Assembly (NCBI GenBank): GCA_000993685.1
Contig: LBWP01000003.1
Span: 6,196 to 70,195, forward strand
DNA: 64,000 nucleotides
Source of the DNA: Candidatus Woesebacteria bacterium GW2011_GWA1_39_21
GTDB lineage: Bacteria; Patescibacteriota; Microgenomatia; UBA8517
Reading direction: 5' to 3'
Numbering within the stretch: the stretch's first letter is position 1; each line of letters starts with the position of its first letter. The notes beneath the pieces are model-generated. The model was not told the origin of the DNA, ran no database searches, and saw only the letters and a list, made by a program, of their open reading frames with translations. Shown here in pieces: positions 37,310 to 46,509 of the stretch. Position numbers and translations under genes: made by a program.

Positions 37310-39043
37310 ATGCAGCTAAGATTGAGAATTTACACAATTGTATCATTTGTCCTGTTTATAGTGCTTATTTCTCGTTTCTTTTATTGGCAAATAATCAGAT
37401 CGAAGGACCTATCAGATGAGGTTCGTCCACAACATGAGAAGAAATCGATTGAAGTTGCTTATCGCGGGAAAATTCTTGCGTCCGATGGGACGGTTCTTGT
37501 TGGTCAGGCAGATTCTTGGAATTTATTTGCCGAACCCAAAAGAATGATCAATTCTAATTCCGATGCGGAGAAGTTGTCGCAACTACTTGTTGAAGATGTT
37601 TATGACACGAAAATGCTCGGCGAAGAAGTAAGACGAATAGAGTCTTTGGTTTCAGATAAAAATAAATCTTGGGTACCTTTGAAAAACAGACTAACTACAG
37701 AAGTTAAAGATCAGATTGAAGCGCAAAAAATTGAAGGAATTGGTTTTGATAGAGACGAGGTAAGAGTCTATCCTGAAGCCTCAGCTGCAGCACAACTTCT
37801 TGGATTTCTTGGAAAAAATGATATAAGTGAAAATCAAGGTTATTTCGGTATAGAAGGTTTTTACCATACGACGCTGTCTGCATCGTATGGTATCGAGAAG
37901 CGGGAAACTGATCTTCGTGGTTTACCAATTCTTTTCGGTCAGAGCAAAAGCGTCCCTTCTTATTCTGGCGCTGATTTAGTTACTTATATCGACAAGGGTG
38001 TTCAACTTATGGCTGAAGAAGAATTGAAAAATGGTGTTGAGAAATACGGTGCTGTCAATGGTTCGGTGGTTGTTATTGATCCTTCAACCGGTGGTGTATT
38101 GGCGATGGCTTCTGTCCCTTCATTTGACCCGCGAAAATATTGGGAGTACGCCAACGACTTGTTTTTAAATCCCGTGATTTCCGCCTCGTTTGAACCTGGG
38201 TCAGTCTTCAAGATTATTACGATGGCTGCGGGACTGGATTCTAACGCAATAGATGTTGATACAAAATGTGACATTTGTTCTGGTCCGCTTCGGATGGGTG
38301 AATACACGATTCACACGTGGAACGATCAATATTTTCCGGAGTCTTCAATGACAGATATTATTGTTCATTCCGATAATGTTGGTATGGTGTTTGTTGCGCA
38401 AAAGACGGGGATTGATAAAAATTTACAGTATTTGGAAAAGTTCGGGCTTGGTAAAAAAACAGAAATCGACCTCCAGGGTGAGATGACGCCACAGTTGAGG
38501 AAAGAGAAAGATTGGAAAGAGATTGACTTGGCAACATCAAGTTTTGGGCAGGGAATAGCTGTAACACCAATCCAGATGATTAGTGCTGTCAATGTCATTG
38601 CAAATGACGGTGTGTCTATTAAACCAAAAGTTGTTAAACAAATTACTGTTGGTGATAAAGTTTATACAGTACAAGATTCGGAAACAGGACATCGCGTGAT
38701 ATCAAAAAATACTGCGGATGAAATTACGCAAATGATGGTGGAAGCTGCAAAATATGGTGAGTCAAAATGGACGTATAAAAGGGGTTACGGTGTTGCTGGA
38801 AAAACTGGTACTGCGCAGATACCCATTTCCGGCCACTATGATGCAGAAAAGACTGTTGCGAGTTTTGTTGGCTTTGCCCCTTACCGGAACCCTAAATTTA
38901 TTATGCTTGTAACTTTGAGAGAACCCAAAAGTTCCCAGTGGGCTTCCGAAACTGCAGCACCGCTCTGGTATAATATTGCTGAGAGATTATTTTTACATTT
39001 TGGCATAACTCCACAACCGGAGTATAATCGAGTATTACCGTGA
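37310..39043 (+). CDS. ftsI: Peptidoglycan D,D-transpeptidase FtsI (class B penicillin-binding protein).
   Basis: N-terminal TM, a dimerisation domain, and transpeptidase motifs SVFK (SxxK), SDN (HSDNVG) and KTGTA. Confidence 0.8.
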   Translation: MQLRLRIYTIVSFVLFIVLISRFFYWQIIRSKDLSDEVRPQHEKKSIEVAYRGKILASDGTVLVGQADSWNLFAEPKRMINSNSDAEKLSQLLVEDVYDTKMLGEEVRRIESLVSDKNKSWVPLKNRLTTEVKDQIEAQKIEGIGFDRDEVRVYPEASAAAQLLGFLGKNDISENQGYFGIEGFYHTTLSASYGIEKRETDLRGLPILFGQSKSVPSYSGADLVTYIDKGVQLMAEEELKNGVEKYGAVNGSVVVIDPSTGGVLAMASVPSFDPRKYWEYANDLFLNPVISASFEPGSVFKIITMAAGLDSNAIDVDTKCDICSGPLRMGEYTIHTWNDQYFPESSMTDIIVHSDNVGMVFVAQKTGIDKNLQYLEKFGLGKKTEIDLQGEMTPQLRKEKDWKEIDLATSSFGQGIAVTPIQMISAVNVIANDGVSIKPKVVKQITVGDKVYTVQDSETGHRVISKNTADEITQMMVEAAKYGESKWTYKRGYGVAGKTGTAQIPISGHYDAEKTVASFVGFAPYRNPKFIMLVTLREPKSSQWASETAAPLWYNIAERLFLHFGITPQPEYNRVLP

Positions 39044-40332
39044 ACATTAGAATTCAAGGTGGGCAAAAGTTAAACGGTGTAATTAAGCCTTCAGGTAGTA
39101 AAAACTCTGCTGTTTCAATCATTCCCTCCACATTGATGTTTGATACCCCAGTGACTTTGATGAACGTTCCAGAGATAACGGACGTAAATAAACTAATTGC
39201 CATCATGCAGAAACTGGGAAGCAAAATTGATTGGCAAAAAAAAGAAGGCGTGATGAAAATTGATAACCGAAAAATTTCTTTCGAAAAAGTTACGCGTGAA
39301 GATTGGAATGCAATGCGTGGAACATCACTTTTATGGGGTCCAATGCTTGCGCGATTTGGGAAAGTTGATTTTGGGGGATTACCTGGAGGTTGTACTCTTG
39401 GCTTTAGGACGCTTTCGCCACACTATAAAGCTTTTGAGGATTTGGGAGTGGAAGTCAAAGAGGGGGAAAATGGAATAAGAATGGATGCAGCTCGCGCCAA
39501 AGCTGGGAGTATTTGGCTTCGTGAAATGAGTCCGACTGCAACGGAGAACGCGATTATGCTAGCGCTGTCCTTGAAAGGAAATACGCAAATCTACGGTGCA
39601 GCATCAGAGCCACAAGTTCAAGATTTATGCATGTTTTTGAATAATGCCGGTGCTCATATTTCTGGTGTTAGTTCGAGTATCTTGAATATTGAAGGCGGGA
39701 ATACTTTGAGAAAAGTGGAATATGCAATGTTCAGCGATCATTACGAGATAGCTACTTTTTTGGCTATGGCGGCAATTACGGGTGGTCGTATTGAAGTCCA
39801 AAATTCGCAACCAGAACTTTTTGAGCATATCAACTATATTTTTTCCCGTTTCGGGGTTGTGGTTGATTATCACAAAACTACAGCGGTGGTTGAAGCCAAT
39901 CAGAAGATAAGGGTCATACCTGAAGATAGTGGAAGAAATTACTTAAGCATCAAGGCGCAGCCATGGCCATCGTTACCAGTTGATCTTCTTCCAATATATA
40001 TACCCATCTCTCTAAAAGCAAAAAGTGGTGTGACGCTTTTTCACAATTGGATGTACGATTCAGGGCTTTTCTGGACAAGCGAATTAACAAAACTGGGTGC
40101 AAATATTATCATGTGTGATCCGCACAGAATAATTACAATTGCCGGGGAGAAGCTAAGAGGAGCAACTATCGAGGCACCATATATTATCCGAGCTGTAGTT
40201 TCAATGGTTTTAGCATGTATGATTGCCGAGGGAGAATCAACAATTTTAAACGCGGATGCTCTCTATCGTGGCCATCCATATTTTGCCGAGAACCTTCAGA
40301 AACTGGGAGCAAAAATTGAAGAAGTGAAATGA
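39040..40332 (+). CDS. murA: UDP-N-acetylglucosamine 1-carboxyvinyltransferase MurA.
   Basis: MNIRIQGGQKLNGVIKPSGSKNSAVSIIP. 430 aa, EPSP-synthase fold length. Confidence 0.85.
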   Translation: MNIRIQGGQKLNGVIKPSGSKNSAVSIIPSTLMFDTPVTLMNVPEITDVNKLIAIMQKLGSKIDWQKKEGVMKIDNRKISFEKVTREDWNAMRGTSLLWGPMLARFGKVDFGGLPGGCTLGFRTLSPHYKAFEDLGVEVKEGENGIRMDAARAKAGSIWLREMSPTATENAIMLALSLKGNTQIYGAASEPQVQDLCMFLNNAGAHISGVSSSILNIEGGNTLRKVEYAMFSDHYEIATFLAMAAITGGRIEVQNSQPELFEHINYIFSRFGVVVDYHKTTAVVEANQKIRVIPEDSGRNYLSIKAQPWPSLPVDLLPIYIPISLKAKSGVTLFHNWMYDSGLFWTSELTKLGANIIMCDPHRIITIAGEKLRGATIEAPYIIRAVVSMVLACMIAEGESTILNADALYRGHPYFAENLQKLGAKIEEVK

Positions 40333-42578
40333 GAGCGCAAGACATCGTTGGGTTACTTCGTGAAGCATCTTTGTTGAAGAAATCAAACGTTATCCAAAAT
40401 GTAAATATTGTTGGAATTTCTGACGACTCCAGAAAAATCGCGAGAGGATTTTTGTTTGTTGCTGTAAAAGGCCTGAGGACAGACGGAAACAAGTATCTTG
40501 AAGATGCTATAAAAAGTGGAGCATCGACAATTGTTAGCGAACGCCCTTTCAAAAAAGCAGTTGTCGGTGAAAGGGTAAACTACATTCAGGTGCAAGACTC
40601 TAGAAAGGCTCTTTCACTTATTGCTGCGCTTTGGTATGAAAACCCGGCTGAAAAACTTAAAATTATTGGACTAACCGGGACTAAAGGAAAGACGACTGTT
40701 GCTCATCTTCTTCATCATATTTTTAACAAAGTAAAAATCGGGGTAGGTATGATTTCGACCGTGAATGCCGTAATTGCCAACGAAGTATCTGATACCGGAT
40801 TGCATGTAACCAATCCCGAACCGCTTCTTTTCCAATCGTTTCTAAAAAAGATGGTAGATAAAGGGCTAAAGTATGCCGTGTGTGAAATAACCTCACATGG
40901 GTTGGATCAGGAAAGGGTCTATGGGATTAATTACGAGGTGGGAGTTTTGACAAATATTACGCCAGAGCATCTGGATTACCACAAAACTTTCGCTAATTAC
41001 CGCCGTTCAAAACTGAAACTTTTTGAGAGGTCGAAAAAGTTAGTTGTTAATCGTGACGATCCGTCGTACAGAGTTATAAGACAAATGTTTAAGAACGACA
41101 AAAAGATGGCAAGCTACTCACTAAATGCAGATGCAGACATTGTTGGAAAAATACATCGGATGACAGAAGACTATATGGATTATGGAGTAGTCAAAGATGC
41201 GAAAGTGTACAGGGGAAGAATTAAGCTTTTGGGAAAATATAATTTATACAATGTTTTAGCTGCGGTTTGTGTTGCACAGCTGGAAGGAATAGGATTGAAA
41301 GCGTCAATGCGTGCGTTAGAGGATTTTCAACCTCCGGAAGGGCGCTTGGAGAAAGTGAATAATGAATTGGGAATTAATATTTATATTGATTTTGCGCATA
41401 CTCCAGATTCGCTTGAAAACTTACTACTTCTTTTAAAGAAAATGACAAAAAAACGACTAATCTGTGTTTTTGGTTGTGCGGGTGAAAGGGATAAAAGGAA
41501 GCGTTTTCAAATGGGTAAAATTTCAGGACGCTTGGCGGATTTAAGTATTATTACGGCGGAAGACCCCAGAACCGAGGATGTAAATGGAATATGTAGTCAG
41601 ATAAAAAGAGGAGCGTTGAAAGCGTTGGCAAAAGACTACTTTTCGAAAGATAATGCTGAAAGGAAATATTTGATTGTCCCCGATAGATATGAAGCAATAT
41701 ATTACTCGATTAAAAGTGTTGCTCAAACCGGCGATACGATTGTTATTTGTGGAAAGGGTCATGAAAACAGCATGTGTTATGGGAAAATTGAACATTTATG
41801 GAAGGATAGAATAGCGATTGAGAATGTGTTAAAAGCTGAGTACGGAAAGAATGCGATTATCTTAGCTGCCGGTAAAGGAAAGCGTCTAAACTCAGAAGCC
41901 CCAAAAGTGATTCTCGACATTGCGGAAAAACCAATAGTTAGTTATTGTGTGACTAATCTAAGGAGATCCGGTTTTTCAAACATTACTTTGGTGGTTGGAT
42001 ATCGAGCTTCAGATGTAATTAAAGAAATTGGCCCGACTGTAAATTATGCATTCCAAAGGACCGCTTTGGGTACTGGACATGCTGCTTGGCAAGGAATGAA
42101 AAATCTGAAAAGTGAAAGAACTATTTTAGTCGTTAACGGCGATGACAGTGCTTTCTATAAACCAGAAACTTTTGCCGCGGTTTTCCAAAGCCATCTTGAA
42201 TCCAAGGCAAAGTTGACCTTTACGAGTACGATTTTGGAAAATCCAACAGGAATTGGGAGATTGGTACGAGATATTAACGGAACACTGCTTCGTATTGTTG
42301 AGGAGAAAATCGCAAGCGAATCTGAAAAGAAAATTAAAGAATGCAATATTGGAATGTATGTATTTGATCGGGGATGGTTTTTGAAAAATATAAAGAAGGT
42401 GAAGAAAGGTACGGTTGGTGAGTATTATATTACTGACTTGATTGAAATTGCCGTAAGGCAGAATGATTTTATTAATGTTTTTCGTCTGAACGATTCGAGG
42501 CAGTGGTGTGGCATAAATACATGGGATGAACTTGAGCATGCAAATAAGAAGATGAATGAGGAAATTAATAAAACTTAG
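40329..42578 (+). CDS. murE: MurE (UDP-MurNAc-L-Ala-D-Glu:diamino-acid ligase) fused to a C-terminal GlmU-like sugar-1-phosphate nucleotidyltransferase domain.
   Basis: Residues 1-~495 carry IIGLTGTKGKTTVAHLL, DFAHTPDSLENLL and other Mur ligase motifs. Residues ~500-749 carry AIILAAGKGKRLNSEAPKVILDIAEKPIV…ALGTGHAAWQG…LVVNGDDSAF, which matches the GlmU N-terminal uridyltransferase domain (LAAGKGTRM…KVL…GTGHA…GD). Confidence 0.75.
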   Translation: MRAQDIVGLLREASLLKKSNVIQNVNIVGISDDSRKIARGFLFVAVKGLRTDGNKYLEDAIKSGASTIVSERPFKKAVVGERVNYIQVQDSRKALSLIAALWYENPAEKLKIIGLTGTKGKTTVAHLLHHIFNKVKIGVGMISTVNAVIANEVSDTGLHVTNPEPLLFQSFLKKMVDKGLKYAVCEITSHGLDQERVYGINYEVGVLTNITPEHLDYHKTFANYRRSKLKLFERSKKLVVNRDDPSYRVIRQMFKNDKKMASYSLNADADIVGKIHRMTEDYMDYGVVKDAKVYRGRIKLLGKYNLYNVLAAVCVAQLEGIGLKASMRALEDFQPPEGRLEKVNNELGINIYIDFAHTPDSLENLLLLLKKMTKKRLICVFGCAGERDKRKRFQMGKISGRLADLSIITAEDPRTEDVNGICSQIKRGALKALAKDYFSKDNAERKYLIVPDRYEAIYYSIKSVAQTGDTIVICGKGHENSMCYGKIEHLWKDRIAIENVLKAEYGKNAIILAAGKGKRLNSEAPKVILDIAEKPIVSYCVTNLRRSGFSNITLVVGYRASDVIKEIGPTVNYAFQRTALGTGHAAWQGMKNLKSERTILVVNGDDSAFYKPETFAAVFQSHLESKAKLTFTSTILENPTGIGRLVRDINGTLLRIVEEKIASESEKKIKECNIGMYVFDRGWFLKNIKKVKKGTVGEYYITDLIEIAVRQNDFINVFRLNDSRQWCGINTWDELEHANKKMNEEINKT

Positions 42579-44022
42579 CCGATCAGATAAAATCAGAATG
42601 AGAAGCCCCGATAAAGTTAAAAAAGTTCACTTGACTGGAATTAAAGGTGTAGGGATGACCGCACTCGCGACATATTACCAGGACATGGGAATGTTTGTTA
42701 CTGGCAGCGATGTTCCAGAAGCTTTTGTTACCGATGAAATATTGAAAAAGCGAAATATTGGTTGGAGTTTGGGGATAAGTAAAAAACATGTAAAACTTGG
42801 TTTTGATCTTTTGGTCACAACAGCCGCACATGGTGGACTTGAAAATGAGGAAGTCAAAAAGGCAAAACAATTAAAGATCCCCGTTTTAACGTATGCGGAA
42901 GCATTGGCACAGGCAAGCCTCGAGAAGGAAACAATTTGTGTTTGCGGGGTTGGTGGAAAAACTACTACTTGTTCGATGTTGTCAGTACTTCTTGATACAG
43001 CAGGATTAAACCCATCCTTTTTAGTCGGGGTGGGCAATATTTTTCCACTCGGAGTTTCCGGACGCTATGTAAAAGAAGGCAGAGTTTTTATTTGCGAGGC
43101 TGATGAGTACGCCGTTTCTCCCGGAGTTGATAACCGACCGAAATTCTCTCTTCTCAAGCCAAAAGTAATCATTGCTACCAATATTGAATATGACCATCCA
43201 GATATTTACCCCGATTTTGAAAAAACCAAAGAAACGTTTTTGCAATTTTTCAATAAACTTGGAAAGTATGGATATTTACTTGCTGACGCCGATAACAAAA
43301 ATACGATTGAGGTTGCAAAAAAATCAGATGCATATTTAATTACTTATGGCTTCGAAAAGAGTGCTGACTACCGAATTAAAAAAGTAAAGTATGCTGAACA
43401 AAGAACGAGCTTTGACCTCTATATAAAAAAGAAACGCCTACTTGTTGAAAACTTGACGATTAATGTTCCAGGAGAATTTAATATCAGAAACGCCGTGGCT
43501 GCTTTCGCAGTAGGGGATTTATTGGGAGTTGAGCAGGAAATATTAGTAAAGGGATTGCGACGATATTTGGGCTGCAGGCGCAGATTTGAAGAAATGATTT
43601 TTTATAAAAACGCAAGATTTTATGATGACTATGCACATCATCCGTCAGAAATAAAGGCGACATTGCAAGCTGCCCGTGAGTGGTTTCCCAAAAGGAGGAT
43701 TGTAGCTATTTTCCAACCACATACTTACTCAAGAACCAAAGCTTTATTCGAACAATTTGCCCAAAGTTTTGCTGATGCTGATGTTGTTGCATTAATGGAT
43801 ATTTATGCGTCTGCGAGAGAAAAATATGATCCAACGGTATCCTCAAAATTGTTGACGGAAGGTGTACATAAATATAATAAAAATACACATTATGTTGCTG
43901 ATCAAAAAACTACAGTAGCTTGGGTAAAGACAAACGTTAAGGCGGGGGATATTGTTTTAACAATGGGTGCGGGGAACATTTTTCACCTCTATGATTTGTT
44001 GAAGAAAAATCCAGTTAAATAA
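42556..44022 (+). CDS. murC: UDP-N-acetylmuramate--L-alanine ligase MurC.
   Basis: VHLTGIKGVGMTALATYYQDMGMFVTGSD, ICVCGVGGKTTTCSML, and DDYAHHPSEI. Confidence 0.8.
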   Translation: MRKLIKLSRSDKIRMRSPDKVKKVHLTGIKGVGMTALATYYQDMGMFVTGSDVPEAFVTDEILKKRNIGWSLGISKKHVKLGFDLLVTTAAHGGLENEEVKKAKQLKIPVLTYAEALAQASLEKETICVCGVGGKTTTCSMLSVLLDTAGLNPSFLVGVGNIFPLGVSGRYVKEGRVFICEADEYAVSPGVDNRPKFSLLKPKVIIATNIEYDHPDIYPDFEKTKETFLQFFNKLGKYGYLLADADNKNTIEVAKKSDAYLITYGFEKSADYRIKKVKYAEQRTSFDLYIKKKRLLVENLTINVPGEFNIRNAVAAFAVGDLLGVEQEILVKGLRRYLGCRRRFEEMIFYKNARFYDDYAHHPSEIKATLQAAREWFPKRRIVAIFQPHTYSRTKALFEQFAQSFADADVVALMDIYASAREKYDPTVSSKLLTEGVHKYNKNTHYVADQKTTVAWVKTNVKAGDIVLTMGAGNIFHLYDLLKKNPVK

Positions 44023-45082
44023 TGTTTACCTCGGGCGTGAGATCGATGCTGTAGGCTTTTTTAACATCCAACTTCATTTTTTCGGCAAATTTGAGAATCT
44101 CCTGCGCAGTTGCTCCTTTTTGTGTCATGACAACAAGAGATTGGTTTGGCGACGTTCCCACTTTTCCGATCCATTTTCCCTTCCAACCCAATTCTTCCAG
44201 AAGCCACCCGGCGGGTATCTTAACGTAATCCGAATATATAAACTTTGGGTCGTCGGGTTTTGGGTATGATAATTTGTCTATCGGATAGAACTGGATATTA
44301 GGAACTTTTTTTTGAATCCCGACAAGCTCCTTTTTGGTTATAACAGGATTTAAGAAAAAACTACCTGCTGTTCCTATTTTTTCCCAATCAGGAAATTTCC
44401 GTTCGCGAATTAGTGTTACAGCTTTTGAAGCATCCCTGATGTTGTAGGGAGGATTTGAAATTTTTGCCAACTCGTCTTCCAGTGACCCATACCGTGAATG
44501 GTATGAAGTATTTATTTCATCATTTTTCGCTAAGCGAAGGTTTACTTTGGTAATGATGAACCTATTTCTATAATCTTTTTTAAAAATACTTTCCCGGTAC
44601 CCGAATTTGCAAGCCTTTTTATCGAAGGAAATGGTCTTACCTGAAGCCATTTCGATTACTTCCAAAGAAACAAAGACGTCTTCGAAATTTTCACCATAAG
44701 CGGCGATGTTTTGGATGGCACCTGCCCCGACAGTGCCGGGAATCAAAGCCATATTTTCAACTCCGGAAAAACCGTTGTTGACAGCCCAAGCAACAAACCC
44801 GCTCCAGGATTCACCTGCCTGGATTTCGACTGTAATTTCTTTTTCGTCCTGATCAACAACAGCAATTCCTTTTGTCGCGATTTGGAGAATTGTCCCTGGG
44901 TAATCTTTGGTAAAAAGTGTGTTAGTGCCACTTCCGAGTACAAGCAGGTTATTGTTATATTTTTTATTTTGAAGAACTTTAACTATATCTTCGATTTTAC
45001 TAATAAGGATAAAACATTTTGCCTTGACGTCGACCTTAAACGAGTGCTTGTTTTTTAAGGAGAAGTTATGAAGAATTTTCAT
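44015..45082 (-). CDS. murB: UDP-N-acetylenolpyruvoylglucosamine reductase MurB (FAD-binding). The only dcw gene on the - strand here.
   Basis: LVLGSGTNTLFTKDYPGTIL, ALIPGTVGAGAIQNIAAYG, and the C-terminal KIPAGWLLEELGWKG. The ORF runs on to 45199, but that would overlap the murD start, so the start is set at the internal ATG at 45082. Confidence 0.75.
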   Translation of the reverse strand: MKILHNFSLKNKHSFKVDVKAKCFILISKIEDIVKVLQNKKYNNNLLVLGSGTNTLFTKDYPGTILQIATKGIAVVDQDEKEITVEIQAGESWSGFVAWAVNNGFSGVENMALIPGTVGAGAIQNIAAYGENFEDVFVSLEVIEMASGKTISFDKKACKFGYRESIFKKDYRNRFIITKVNLRLAKNDEINTSYHSRYGSLEDELAKISNPPYNIRDASKAVTLIRERKFPDWEKIGTAGSFFLNPVITKKELVGIQKKVPNIQFYPIDKLSYPKPDDPKFIYSDYVKIPAGWLLEELGWKGKWIGKVGTSPNQSLVVMTQKGATAQEILKFAEKMKLDVKKAYSIDLTPEVNII

Positions 45083-45134
45083 TATTTTGAGGTAATTATA
45101 ATATTGTACATCTGATGATACAATACTTGTATCG

Positions 45135-46505
45135 ATGTTGACTTTGAAATCTAAAATCGCCGTTTTGGGTTTGGGTGTTGAAGGGAAAGATACAATCAAT
45201 TATCTACAGAAAAAAGGTATAAATGACATTACTGTCTTTGACAAAAAAACAAAGAGCGATTTAGATTTGTCCGGTATTAATACTTCAGATTTAAAATTCA
45301 TTACAGGAGCGGATTATCTTAAAACTGGCTTGACAGTTTATAAAACAATTTTCAGATCGCCTGGGGTATACCGATTTTTGCCGGAAATTATCACGGCTGA
45401 AAAGTCAGGTAGCGTAATTACGAGCAATATTAAACTTTTCTTTGAAAAATTTAACGGTGTAAGTATTGGAGTTACTGGTACGAAAGGGAAGGGGACAACG
45501 TGCACTTTGATTTATGAGATGCTCAAAAAAAGCGGGAAGAATGTATATTTAACAGGGAATATTGGATCTCCCCCGTTATCGGTTTTGGACGAGGTTGGGG
45601 AGAGCTCAGTTGTTGTTTTAGAACTTTCTTCATTTCAACTTATTGATTTGCAAAAAAGTCCCGACATTGCGGTTGTCTTGAATGTTACAAGCGACCACAT
45701 GGATTGGCATAAAAATCAGAAAGAGTATGTCGATGCTAAAAAAAATATCGTGAAACAACAAGATGAAGACGACTTTAAAGTAATTAATTTTGACTACAAA
45801 ACCTCAAAAGATTTCGCCGACCTCTCCCCTTCTAAAAATTACTTTTTTAGTAAAAATGAAAAAGTTGTTGGCGGGTATGTTGAGAATGGAGTAATTTATC
45901 TGAAAATTGAAGGGAAGTTGTCGAAAATCGGAAACACTAAAGACTTACTTTTACGGGGAAAACATAATTGGGAAAATGTTTGTGCCGCAGCTTGTACGTC
46001 TTATCTTGCGGGTGCGGATCTAAAGAGTATTGAAAAAACAGTTTTTTCCTTTAAGGGTTTGGAGCACAGACTAGAACTGGTTGGTGAGGTGGATGGTGTA
46101 AAATATTACAACGACTCTTTTTCAACAAACCCTCAAACAACAATTGCTGCAGTTGATTCTTTTTTTGAACCGACGACTTTGATTATAGGGGGCTATGATA
46201 AGGGATTAGATTTTAATCAAATGGCCAAACATTTATCTAAAACCAAAAATCTAAAAAATATTCTTCTTATTGGTGATCTTGAAGATAAGCTTTACGAATT
46301 GTTAAAAAAATATAAATCTGAAAACTTAATTATAAGGATGGGTAAACCTGGAATGTCGCAAATTTTAGAGAAATGTAAAGAGGTTACTAAAAAAGGTGGT
46401 GTAGTTTTGCTCTCGCCTGCATGTGCTTCTTTTGACATGTTTGAAAATTACAAGGAGCGTGGAAATCAATTTAAAAAATGCGTGATGAACCTAATTGGAA
46501 GCTAA
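45135..46505 (+). CDS. murD: UDP-N-acetylmuramoyl-L-alanine--D-glutamate ligase MurD.
   Basis: IAVLGLGVEGKD (Rossmann start), GVTGTKGKGTTCTLIYEML, and DSFSTNP in the C-terminal domain. Confidence 0.8.
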   Translation: MLTLKSKIAVLGLGVEGKDTINYLQKKGINDITVFDKKTKSDLDLSGINTSDLKFITGADYLKTGLTVYKTIFRSPGVYRFLPEIITAEKSGSVITSNIKLFFEKFNGVSIGVTGTKGKGTTCTLIYEMLKKSGKNVYLTGNIGSPPLSVLDEVGESSVVVLELSSFQLIDLQKSPDIAVVLNVTSDHMDWHKNQKEYVDAKKNIVKQQDEDDFKVINFDYKTSKDFADLSPSKNYFFSKNEKVVGGYVENGVIYLKIEGKLSKIGNTKDLLLRGKHNWENVCAAACTSYLAGADLKSIEKTVFSFKGLEHRLELVGEVDGVKYYNDSFSTNPQTTIAAVDSFFEPTTLIIGGYDKGLDFNQMAKHLSKTKNLKNILLIGDLEDKLYELLKKYKSENLIIRMGKPGMSQILEKCKEVTKKGGVVLLSPACASFDMFENYKERGNQFKKCVMNLIGS

Positions 46506-46509
46506 ATCA

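Noticed and set aside
45083-45199. N-terminal 39-aa extension of murB (- strand).
   Set aside because: It would overlap the divergently arranged murD start by ~65 nt. The internal ATG at 45082 gives a typical MurB N-terminus.
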